From Octopus bimaculoides (taxonomy: Eukaryota): a stretch of 64,000 nt of DNA. Both the position numbers and the translations under genes were made by a program. Shown piece after piece: positions 53,007 through 64,000 of this stretch. Position 1 is the stretch's first letter, and each line of letters opens with the position of its first letter. The stretch spans positions 2,416,711 to 2,480,710 of the forward strand of contig NC_068992.1 of assembly GCF_001194135.2 (NCBI RefSeq), in the 5' to 3' direction. The notes beneath the pieces are model-generated. The model saw only the letters and a list, made by a program, of their open reading frames with translations, ran no database searches and was not told the DNA's origin.

Positions 53007-54094
53007 ATAATATATATATGTATATGTATGTACATATATATATATATATGTGTGTGTGTATGTGTAAGGAGAGGAGAGAGATATACAGATATGTACAAGC
53101 ATATCTACCTAAACATACATACACATACACATGAGTGTATAAATAAAACAAAACAGACCGACATAAGAACAATAGATGTATACATTTGCTTTGCTGCCAA
53201 AAGCATAATGGAGAAGACTATGTGTTTTCAAAATAATAGTCCCATTTATTGTTGGAGTTGTTGGTAAAGGAATGTAGTTAATAAGAGAAACTAGCAGACT
53301 ACTGCTGTCCCAACATTAAGACAATAATCTATTTATCCTTTACATTACACACTTATTGTTTGTATGGGTTTGAGCTTGGAGTAATGGTTGATAGTAGAGA
53401 GAAGAATGATAGAAAGAGAGGGTGCGAGAGTGAGAGAGAGAAGGGGGTGTAGTATGATTGTGAGGTAAATAGAGAGAAAAAAATTTGAAAGAAGAGTGGT
53501 TAAATAATGGAGATATTGTTTCTTGTTTATCCATCAAAATTATATTAATGATAAATAAAATCAATATTAGATATGAAATATAACTTTTTTTTTTCACACA
53601 CATGCATTTTCTTTTGGTTAATTAAGTTTCTAGTTTGAAAAATCTTGCATATAACCAAGTCAGCAAAAAAAGACATCATCACCACAATTAACATCATCAT
53701 GGTAATGGTGAAGGTGGGAGTGAGGGTGGTGGTAATGATATACATATTTAATACACAAGATATATCTTAGAATTAGTCTCACAACTTTTCATCGACTTAA
53801 TCTCTAAGTGATTACTAATAATACTTAGTGTCTTTGCTTGTCCATAGCCTAGGGTAATGACCTAGTTTCAGTTACTTATAATATATAGTTGTTGTTCCCA
53901 TATCAAGGCCCCAATCTTATATAGAATCTATGATGTATGTGTTGAGAGACAGAAACAAATTGTTTCGCTAACTTGCAGATTTTACCAAAAAATTCTCCAA
54001 CAGACTACTTTTAAGGAAAGGACAAATCTTTCCAGTGAATTCTGACTTAATGACATGTTTAGATATATTCCAATGACCCCAGTTACTTGTAACT

Positions 54095-54598
54095 GGTTTC
54101 CCTATAGTTGAGTGGTGTGGGAACAATAACCTTCACCAGTGTCACACAACCAGCCCACGCAAAAGTACCTTGGACCGTAGGGTGACACACCGTGCTTGGG
54201 AAAACCTACTGAGTCAAGTACATCAAATTCAAATCAAATTACAATCAAATGGAAATTGCAGTTGTGATCCCCGTGCCGGTGGCACGTAAAAAGCACCTTC
54301 TGAATGTGGCCGATGTCAGTGCCGCCTTGACTGGCTTCTGTGCCGGTGGCACATAAAAAGCACCATCTGATTGTGGTCAATGCCAGCCCCTTCTGGCCCC
54401 TGTGCTGGCAGCACATAAAAAGCACCCACTACATTCTCAGAGTGGTTGGCATTTGGAAGCACATCCAGCTGTAGAAACATTGCCAGATTAAACTGGAGCC
54501 TGGTACAGCCTCCTGGCTTTCCAGACCCCAGACGAACCATCCAACCCATGCCAGCATGGAAAACAGACATTAAACGATGATGATGATGATGATGATGA
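54095..54598 (+). mobile_element. Repeat family F, longer copy with three internal hairpin-bearing repeats and (GAT)n tail
   Basis: GTGCCGGTGGCAC(G/A)TAAAAAGCACC-type units at 54273, 54340 and 54402; 3' end as in the other F copies. Confidence 0.75.
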
Positions 54599-55029
54599 TT
54601 TACATGAAGTGTTTGGCGTTCAGACATTCATAGGTTGTCATAAAATATCTGCTACAAGAAGTCACATGTTATGTCCAGATATGCCAAAATCTCTACGAAC
54701 CATGCAAACCATTGTGAAAAAAGCTATGAAAATATTTCACAAAGGCATAAATGATTAGAGAAAGGGTTTTATGTTTTGTCCCTTCTTAAAATACTAAAAA
54801 CTCAATGATCATAGAGAAGTGAAATCAATGATTCACAGCAAGTTGTTTGAAGAAAGTGTAGTATACATTTCAAATTTTGGCAAAATACCTGCAAATTCAG
54901 CAGAGGAGGGTGAATCAATTACATCGTCCTCGCTACTGAACAGGTGATTATTTCATTGACTCTGAAGGATTGGAGGGCAAAGCTGACCTCAACAAAATTT
55001 GAACTCAGAGTATAAAGACAGATGAAATG

Positions 55030-55272
55030 TTCATTATTTACATTATTTACATTTGATGGATATTTGTCCTCGTCTTGTTTATTGTTAACACAACGTTTCG
55101 GCTGATATACCTTCCAGCCTTCATCAGGTGTATTGGGGAAATTTCGAACCTGGGTTCTCATTCCTAAGGTATTTTTTTATGTTTTTATTATTATTATTAT
55201 TCAGGTCATCTTAACGACTACACCATATGCCCGTGGGCAATTATGAACTGAAATGTTGGAATGAAATTATGG
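55030..55272 (-). mobile_element. Hammerhead-containing SINE-like element, copy 1 (head internally deleted)
   Basis: Homologous to 57275-57569; flanked by the direct repeat AGATGAAATG at 55020-55029 and 55273-55282. Confidence 0.8.
55087..55132 (-). ncRNA. Type I hammerhead ribozyme motif, minimal dimer-type
   Basis: ACAC-CUGAUGA-A-GGCUG(GAAGGUAUAU)CAGCC-GAAAC-GUU-GUGU: stem I 4 bp, stem II 5 bp, palindromic loopless helix III AACGUU. Confidence 0.8.
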
Positions 55273-55364
55273 AGATGAAATGCTGCTATGCATTCTGCCC
55301 AGCATGTTAATAATTCTGCCAGGTTACCAACTTACTGGTTTTAAATACTAGTTTTAAATTTTGG

Positions 55365-55488
55365 CTGGAATCAAACTCGGAATCTTGGGGTTAGTAGCCT
55401 GCGCTCTTAACCACTACGCCATATATAAATAATGTAAACAATGTACATAATTCCTCATCTTTTCAATATAGAACTGTATTATGCACAC
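55365..55488. mobile_element. Inverted head plus forward tail fragment of the hammerhead element
   Basis: Minus-strand tRNA-like head 55365-55424 abuts plus-strand AATGTACATAATTCCTCATCT..AATATAGAACTGTA. Confidence 0.7.
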
Positions 55489-55884
55489 ATAACTTTACAA
55501 TTTTCCCTGGAATACACCTATTTTCTATACTGTCATCTTATCCCACTTTTGCGTTTTATTCTATTGATGTCAAAACTGAACAGCATACGTATATATTATA
55601 GCACATTTGTGTATCAACTCATATCTAGTCTATCGACTTGTATTTTTATATAAGTTAAAATAAGTTTATTTATATACGTAATTGAATGTATAGAAAGAGC
55701 ACTTACAGTTACAGTATCTGAATATATTTCAACGATGTGGCCATCGCAAAGTTATACATTATTAATTTATTTCTTGATTTAATGAAGTTTTCAAAATACA
55801 AGAACTTTTGGAAATTGTGTTAGGTACAGAATTTTATATTATTCAGCATACAGCTGAACTAGACTGCCAATGGTTGGTTGCAAT

Positions 55885-56372
55885 GATGTAGTGATACAGA
55901 CCGCACTTAGCAGAAGGTGACTAATGTGATGTGTAACCCTGGGGATATAAGCATCTCTTAGAGGAACTGAAATGCTATGTATCTGTGGTGATACAGATTT
56001 CAGTTAGCAAGACTTAAATGATGTGTTTCCATGGTGATACAGACCTCACTTAGCAGAGCTCAAATAACGTGTATCCATAGTGATACAGATCTTACTTAGC
56101 AAGACTAAAGTGATATATGCCCATGGTGATATATGCATCTTTTAGAGGGACTAAAATTCTATGTATCCATGGTGATACAGATATCAATTAGCAGGAATTA
56201 GGTGATGTGTGCCTATGGTGATATAAGCATCTCTTAGAGGGACTTAAATGCCATGTGTCCATGGTGATACAGACTTCACCTAGAGAAATTATGTGATGTG
56301 TATCCATGGTGATAAAGGCTTCAGTTAGAGGGATTAAAGTGGTGTGTATCCATGGTGATACAAACCTCAGAT
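55885..56372. repeat. 46-bp minisatellite, ~11 units, two subtypes
   Basis: GTGATA core at 55891, 55942, 55988, 56034, 56080, 56126, 56172, 56218, 56264, 56309 and 56355. Confidence 0.92.
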
Positions 56373-57274
56373 ATGATAATCATGCAGGAAAGCATCTGTC
56401 ATGATATAATAGCAACCATATATTAAAAAAAAAAGAGAGTATTTAAATCCTGAAATGAGTTCAAATCATTATTGATTAATTATGATTTTATTAATGTGGG
56501 CTGCCATTATTTGACATCACATGTACAATAATGTATAACATGACTCAATTTAAATTTGATAATATTTGTTGGAGTTTAATTGGTTAAAACCATATGGGAT
56601 ATATTAGATAAGGGATTTGGTTGAGCACAAGTTGAAGATCAAAAGCTTCCAGAATGACCAGGAAATATTGTGATTAAAAGTGAATATTTTAGATACCAAA
56701 GAAGAATGTATGCAGTCGAAATGATGATAGTGTTTTTAGCAAATGTATATGTGATTTGATTACACAGCTTAAAATGTAATTATTATATTTGATATAAACT
56801 AAAAGAATCCTTTAAATATTGCTATTTCAATTACATATCATTACTACAAAGACATAAAGACTGCTCTCCCTGTTTCTTTGTCAAGTTTGTTATTTATCTA
56901 TTGGTCATCTGAAAGTTAATATTATATTTAAACTAACTACAAGTCTTAATATTGCTTCTAAATTTATGATAAATCATATGAAGAATCTAAGAAGACGAAA
57001 TGTCTGATTAAATGTTAAACAAACATATCTTGATACAAGAATTTATCAACCAAAATACAGAAATATAGTCTTCAAATATAACAAGTCTTTTAATTTCAAC
57101 AATAAAATAAATCTGTATTCAATAGGTTAAATGTCAAAGACTCTTTTGTCTTGCTTTCTTTTTTTTAATATTAGGCTTAAATTTTTATATTATTTATTGA
57201 AAGTAAAATAGATTAGTGAACACGGTCATTACTAAAATTACATCAGTTAAAAATAACTGAACTGTTGTAAACAT

Positions 57275-57450
57275 ACCGTTCTATATTTTAAGAGATGAGG
57301 AATTATGTACATTATCTACATTTGATGGATATTTGTCCTCATCTTGTTTGTTGTAAACACAACATTTCAGCTGATATATCCTCCAGCCTTCATCAGGTGT
57401 CTTGGAGAAATTTCGAACTTGGCTTCTCATTCCAAAGGTATCTTTGATGC

Positions 57451-57488
<38 letters not shown>

Positions 57489-57569
57489 TCACTGCCTGGA
57501 ATCGAACTCTGAATCTTGTTGTTAGTAGGCCACACTCTTAACCACTACGTCATATGCCCATGAGCATAT
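57275..57569 (-). mobile_element. Hammerhead-containing tRNA-headed SINE-like element, copy 2 (complete layout)
   Basis: 5' hairpin ATATGCTC-AT-GGGCATAT, A box TGACGTAGTGG, B box GAGTTCGATTCC, (TAA)n linker, hammerhead, AT-rich tail. Confidence 0.85.
57356..57401 (-). ncRNA. Type I hammerhead ribozyme motif, CpG-decayed
   Basis: GACAC-CUGAUGA-A-GGCUG(GAGGAUAUAU)CAGCU-GAAAU-GUU-GUGUU. Confidence 0.7.
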
Positions 57570-57739
57570 TGTAAGACATAAAGCAATATTTCAAATGTCT
57601 TTTATTTAAAACTTAACTGTATTGCCAGTCTTGCAAGAAAAATAAAACAGTTAGCTGTAGTTAGAAGTTGTAGCTCTCCTCTGCTTTAAGACACGTATTC
57701 CTATCTCTCTGTCATACTTAAACTTCTCAACACCAGGCA

Positions 57740-57972
57740 CAAAGCCACAACCCTCAAAACTACACCTGAACTCTGTCTTGCAAGTTACTTGATGACATCA
57801 CTAGTGCTGGTGCCACAAAAAATGCACCACTGTAAAATGGTTGGCATTAGAAAGGGCATTCAGCTGTAGAAACCATACCAAAGCAGACATTTGGAGTTCA
57901 GTAGAGACTTGTTGAAATATATAACCCATGACAGCATGGAAGAGAGATATTAGTTGATGATGATGATGATGT
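57740..57972 (+). mobile_element. Repeat family F, degenerate
   Basis: CACTAGTGCTGGTGCCAC, TTGGCATTAGAAAGGGCATTCAGCTGTAGAAAC, (GAT)n tail. Confidence 0.7.
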
Positions 57973-59308
57973 TACAAAACTCTCTGGTTTTTCTGCTAGG
58001 GTAAATGCTTTATTTTTCTAAAGATATGCAGTGTTAGTGGATTTTTTTTCCATTACTTTCACAGCTTCTTATAAAACATTGGCAATGATTCAACATGAAA
58101 CAGTTGAATGTTTAATAGAAGCCTGAATGGGCAAACAAAATGAAGAGATAATCTTTAGACAAGGCAACTCTTACCAAATGTTCTGCACGTACATGGACTA
58201 TCTTGTGATTTGTCCTAGATGTGTTGCAAAGTGTTTGTATGTTTTCAGGCATTAGTAATAGAAATAAAACAACTACAACCAGAATGAAAACTGAGAACTT
58301 GTACATTATTTTGTTGTATGAATGAAAATGTATGGAATCTTATTTTAGTATCATTAAGAAAACATTGCTGAGAGATTCTATAATATCTATGTTGATATGA
58401 ATATAATCTAAATTATTCTCACATATTTCCAGCATTGTTAAATCTAACATTCCTAACAGATAAATATATAAAAAACTTTCTAATGCAGCACATTTCTGAA
58501 GCTGTTATTGAAATTGTTGATAGATGGTTTGCATACAGATTTCATGATAAACATCAAATTTGAATATTCTAAGTGTTTCTTTTTATTTTTCATTTTTTTG
58601 GCTTTCAATTAATCAGCAGACTTAAGCAGGGGCTTCATTATGTTTTCTATATCTGTTTCATAATAATATCTATAAGACTCAATTAAATTATATTTCTACC
58701 AAGATTATACCTTGAATATTGGTTTTCTTTTTATAGATTGAGTAATCAGATTAATTGTAAAAGAAGTCCAGAATCGTCATTATTTCTACATATAAAATAA
58801 TCAACTCATTTGAAACATTGAAAATCAACCCATGAGATAATAGATGCTATTGATAAAAAGCAAAACAATAAAGAGAAGGACATTATTGTCTAAGGTTCAT
58901 TGATGTAAGGAATGCAGAAAAATATTTCTTTCTCGAAACCAGTTAAGATTACAAATGACATTTATGGTTGACATTTCCAAAGATCATTATTAGAAGAAAA
59001 CCAAAAAATGAAACAATGGCATTATTGATTGGTGGCATCTATGTTAAGAATATTTCAACATTAAATTTCAATAAGACTTATTTCTATACATTATTCATTG
59101 ATGATCTCTTAGAAGGATTTAATCAAAAGACAATTATAAAATTAATTCATTAATGAGCTGAGAGTGATCAAAGACTGTATCAGTATACATTAAATAAGAA
59201 TGTGCACATCTAGGAATGAGGAAAAAGTGAATTGTATTGAGTAGCAATTGAAATAACAGCTTCTTGGTACGTAATCATATGTGTCTGTCTCTACATCTGT
59301 ATGTATAC

Positions 59309-59340
<32 letters not shown>

Positions 59341-60216
59341 CACACAAACACAGATACACACATTATATAAAGCATACATAAGCATATATATTTTATATAA
59401 TGTTTATAGAACAGAATGAGAGTGTTTTTTTTTTTTTTTTGGATTTTTTGATTTCCATAAAAAAGAAGCTGGTGGGGTTCATTAATATTCCAGCAGTACA
59501 TTGCGCCACAAAGTACTACTACCAGTGATTGCTAAACTTTTATTCATTGTCACAGCCATGACACAGAGGCCACTTCTCTTGTCACTTCAAATATCATTGT
59601 TCTGATGGTGTTGATGAAAACTCTCATTTCTAATTATATTCATAACACAGCTTTCCACGGAAGAAACTGAAGAGATATGACTGAAATTTATGTGTAAGAC
59701 ATTATTAAGTCAGAAACAGAATAAACATAAAAAGACAGGTGATTGGTCAGGTGACATATAACATCAGCCAATTAAACATCTGTCTGTAGATCATTAGAAT
59801 TATTAGGATTTATCAAGTCAACCTTTTATCTGCAATACCAAAAGGACATACGTGCTGCCCTCCATCTGAAATCAATGCTACAGCATGTGAAATATATCTA
59901 CTCAACAGAATACCTCTTCATTGTATTCTTAGAATACTTAAGATTTCCCAAGAGAAAATAGGTTGTCTGTTTCTGTGTTCTTCTTCCAACTGGTTCACTA
60001 GGGAATCTCAAACAATAAATACTGATATTTATATTGAAGGGTTTAATCTGGAGTCTACAAGATTATGGAATCTGGGATTTGGGGTAAGATTTTCTTTCAA
60101 GATTTATTGCCAACAGAGAAAGAACTGATTTCTAACCTAGATCCAAGATTCCTTCATTGGAATTTCAATATCAACAACAGGGTATTTTTGTTTGTATGTA
60201 TGTATGTATGTATGTA

Positions 60217-60261
<45 letters not shown>

Positions 60262-60264
<3 letters not shown>

Positions 60265-60650
60265 CAGATTTGTATGTATTCTCATGCATACAGTTGCTTA
60301 TCTAGACATGCTCATATGTATTTAAATGATAAACTTCTGAAAAGTTTTACAGATTTTTACAGTTCCAGTGATGGATTGGATCTGTAGTCTTCAAATTAGC
60401 TTTCTCCTTTCTGGTTTTGAGAAGCTTAATTTCTCAAGATTGGTATTTAAGCAGTCTGTAACATATCCCAGAACCCCAATAATTACAGGTATAAAGCTGA
60501 ACTTGTAATCTGGATAGAGTAACTGCAGATTTCTCAATAGTTCAGCATAGGTGTCCACTTTTTTCACTGATCTTCAGCTTTATATTAACATCCGCTGGGC
60601 AGCTAATTTCATCAACTGTACACAGTTTCTCTTCTCTATCCCAAATCATG
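60262..60650 (-). mobile_element. Second R4/Dong-like element, 3' end (different family), in a (CATA)n microsatellite
   Basis: Manual translation: IWDREEKLCTVDEISCPADVNIKLKISEK / DTYAELLRNLQLLYPDYKFSFIPVIIGVLGYV...SITGTVKICKTFQKFII*; stop at 60324-60322; (ATGT)n on both flanks. Confidence 0.8.
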
Positions 60651-61149
60651 TATGTATGTAGGTAGGTATGTATGTATGTAGGTAGGTAGGTACGGATGTG
60701 TGCATGAATATAAGTATGTGTTTATGTATGTATATGCATACGTTTATAACATCAGAGTTTTCTAGTTATAACAAAGAACAACACAAGATGCCTTCCTTCC
60801 CAACTTTGCAACCAAGCAGGTGGTTGGTCAAAGTTCATTCTAAATTAAAGAGAGAAAGCGAACATGCTTACGTGTGCGTGTGTGTATGTGAATATACGTA
60901 AATGTTTTCTGATGGGAAGAAAATACAGCTTGACTGAGTAATTTTAAATGGTTATTTTTGGAAATTATGTTTCTGGTAATACAATAACACAGGATCCAGA
61001 AACTCAACAAGATAAAGATTGCTTGAATGATTTTAGCGACTTGGTGAGGATTTTCTGGACGCCTTCAGGAAAACAAACACAGATTAATTTCTATTTTTAC
61101 CTTCGACATCATATGACACATAAGAATATAACAGTATATATAAGCGGCC

Positions 61150-61201
<52 letters not shown>

Positions 61202-61653
61202 NNNNNNNNNNGTGTGTGTGTGTGTGTGTGTATGTGTGTATGTGTGTGTGTGTGTGTGTGTGTATTCTTCATCATTACCATCACCACCACCAACAATATC
61301 AACATCACCTCCAATATCATACACGTCGTTGTCACTACCACCATCATTATTATATTAAAACATTTTGCATATGTTTAAGGAGAGACAGTATTTTTCATTA
61401 TCTTATTCCAATTTTCTTTTCTAATTAAGTCTGTCATAAATTAGGTCGTGTATCTATTTTCTCTATTTTCCAGCTAATAATGTTATCCAATTCCTATCAT
61501 ACAATTTCATATATGATGGCTTTTGCATAGTCAAATCGTTTATTCTGTATTTGTATGTGTGTCTAAGTATATGAAACTACATTCACATGTAGGCAAATGC
61601 ATGTCCCATACATACACACACGTACATACACATGTATCAATACGTATATATAG

Positions 61654-61890
61654 TAAGGCGGCGAGCTGGCAGAAACTTTAGCACGCCGGGCGAAATGCTT
61701 AGCGGTATTTCGTCTGCCGTTACGTTCTGAGTTCAAATTCTGCCGAGGTCGACTTTGCCTTTCATCCTTTCGGAGTCGATAAATTAAGTAGCAGTTACGT
61801 ACTGGGTCGATGGAATCGACTTAATCCCTTCGTCTGTCCGTGTTTGTCCCTTCTATGTTTAGCCCCTTGTGGGCAATAAGGAAATAAGAA
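61654..61890 (+). mobile_element. SINE family A, young
   Basis: Near-consensus head, B box and core, with an alternative tail. Confidence 0.92.
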
Positions 61891-62085
61891 ACGTTAGCAA
61901 GTCGGGCAAAATGCTAAGCAGTATGTCGTCTGTCTTTACGTTCTGAGTTCAAATTCTGCTGAGGTCGACTTTACTTTTCATCCTTTTGGAGTTGATAAAT
62001 TAAGTACCAGTTGCGTACTGAGGTCAATCTAATCGACGGGATCCCACCCCCAGAATTTCGGGTCTTGTGCCTAGAGTAGAAAGGA
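61888..62085 (+). mobile_element. SINE family A, tandem second copy
   Basis: GAAACGTTAGC..GAGTTCAAATTC..core..GTGCCTAGAGTAGAAAG. Confidence 0.88.
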
Positions 62086-62652
62086 ATACATGCATATAGT
62101 TTCATAAGGTTACTGAAGCAGGCAGTCATCATGTTTTCTTTCCACAGTTCCAAAAGAATCAGTGGTCTACGAGTTTGTAATACAAAATGGTACCCTGACC
62201 ACCAACTTATTTTGTCATACGATCAGACCGATCTTTGGTTCAAGGTCTACATTATTATTGGTTTTGATTGACAAGGAAAATAAATCAATGTAGGAAAGTA
62301 TGAAAATAGACTTAGGTGTTATGAACAAACGAAACGAATGTGTAATGAAAATCACTTATTAAATGTTATTGTTACAGGTTTCTCTCTATATTTCTGAACA
62401 GCCTAATTTTTTGCAGTTATTTACGTTAGCATCGTAAGAAAGAAAACATTTCTTCTCCAAACTGTTGTTGACTTCATTAGAATTTCGTGGTTTTACCAAA
62501 ACAATTTGGTATCGTCTGCTGTTGTCATCTGTTGTTGTTTACTTCATGGTATAACATGTCAGATGATTGGGAAAACGAAGGACACTGATGTCTGCTATGT
62601 TTAAGATGCGTTTCCACACAAATATACGCACACATGTATACATACACTCATG

Positions 62653-62701
<49 letters not shown>

Positions 62702-62801
62702 TATTAATGATCTGCAAGAAAAAATATACTTATGATTTGATTTCTATTTTCTTGTTTTACATCACCAAACTTAGAGAGAGAGAGAGAGAGATGGCGCACA
62801 A

Positions 62802-62846
<45 letters not shown>

Positions 62847-63675
62847 AACTGAGAAAAAATATTTTTCACAAATATTCACAACTTTACAAAAACTATATCA
62901 ACTACACAGATGGCCTTCTCTAAAGGCATTAAAGACATTCTAACATAACCTGAACACTATTTCAGGAAATTAGTTCTGTTCTCTTTGAGCATATATAAAA
63001 GACAAATTTAGCTAGGGCAGAAAGAGTACGACAAGATAAGGTTAATTTGCCTCTTGAATTCTTCAGAATTACATTTCAGAAAAGACTCATACACTAGACA
63101 TCTGAAAGGTCAGAAATGCAGCAAAAATTTAAAATATCAAAATTGAATTGAAAGAGGATCATGGAAAAATGGCACTGGATGTGAAATCAATGAAGCTCTA
63201 CTAAATCTAAAAACTCAACCTGAAATATTCTCTACAACTACTTCACAATCTGCTGGAGTGGCTCTCTTCATATATTTATGTGCCATGCATTTAAAGAAAT
63301 GATTGAAATTAGTTTTTACTCCTTTTGCCCCAGTATGGACTTCATGTTTTTGAAATATGAAGACGTTCAAATTAGAATTAGTATGGGGGAAAAAACTGAC
63401 TTGGAATCCAACAGAGAAAAGAATATTTTTAGCGAATTTAAATTGAGTCAAAATTGAAGAAACACCTTTTGAAAACAAAGTACCTATCACTTGACAATGC
63501 TTCAAACTCTTCAACAAACAACAACTATACTGACCAATTTTTACACTCAAAGATGACGCAACATTGCACTGTATTTATTCAAAGAAGCACAGAGAAAATA
63601 ACAAGAAACCAGAAATTACTCATTTTGCCCCACGATGGTTGTGTGTGTGTGTGTGTGTGTGTACATATACATATA

Positions 63676-63876
63676 CGTGGGAGTGGAGGAAGTTCCTAAC
63701 TTTAGGGATATCATGAAAGCCTTGTTCAAGGCCCAACCTTCTAAGTTCTGTTACAGGGCTTAGAAAATTTTAAAGGACAACTACAATAAAAATGTGAGTC
63801 AGAGAGGGGAATATTTTGGATAAAAATCCTTCAGTATTTCCTTTTACCCAAAGTCAGGAACTTTTCAGCACCCTTC

Positions 63877-63877
<1 letters not shown>
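63676..63877 (+). mobile_element. mariner-derived MITE
   Basis: Right TIR CAGGAACTTTTCAGCACCCTTCG, degenerate left TIR after TA; internal GLENF/DNYNKNVSQRGEYFG* resembles a mariner transposase C-terminus. Confidence 0.65.
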
Positions 63878-63928
<51 letters not shown>

Positions 63929-63968
63929 CCTCATGTGTATATACACCCCTTATGTATGTATATATATA

Positions 63969-64000
<32 letters not shown>

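Larger units (their letters stand above)
54865..55335 (-). mobile_element. SINE family A interrupted by the hammerhead element
   Basis: Consensus continues across the insert: GACAGATGAAATG | CTGCTATGCATTCTGCCC. Confidence 0.7.

Noticed and set aside
55885-56372. CRISPR-like appearance of a constant core with variable spacers
   Set aside because: The variable parts are homologous to each other, the context is eukaryotic and there are no cas genes.
57495-57555. tRNA genes (here and at the other SINE heads)
   Set aside because: A and B boxes are present but there is no complete acceptor stem or cloverleaf; the heads run into SINE bodies.
63100-63640. AT-rich coding-like regions (also 56400-57100 and 58300-59160) as old transposon ORFs
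   Set aside because: Only faint motif resemblance; they cannot be assigned without a profile search.

Overview
AT-rich, microsatellite-dense eukaryotic genomic DNA with several N gaps. The repeat families look like those I recall from Octopus (coleoid cephalopod) genomes; this is recognition from memory, not a database result. I found no confident host protein-coding gene, true tRNA, rRNA or CRISPR array, and almost all long ORFs in the track are artefacts of simple repeats. The window is a mosaic of tRNA-derived SINEs (at least four families), 5'-truncated LINE remnants (CR1/L2-like, RTE-like, two distinct R4/Dong-like restriction-endonuclease elements sitting in different microsatellites, and a Penelope-like RT remnant), MITEs (piggyBac-, hAT- and mariner-like, plus long fold-back types) and minisatellites. 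The most interesting signal is a set of type I hammerhead ribozyme motifs. Two (55087-55132 and 57356-57401, minus strand) lie inside a ~290 bp element combining a Pol III tRNA-like head, a (TAA)n linker and a dimer-type hammerhead, i.e. a SINE/retrozyme hybrid. A third, unrelated one with a long stem II lies at 6771-6875 on the plus strand. Also notable is a fold-back MITE with an 8-bp TSD whose symmetry centre is a (CCCTAA)n/(TTAGGG)n telomeric palindrome.
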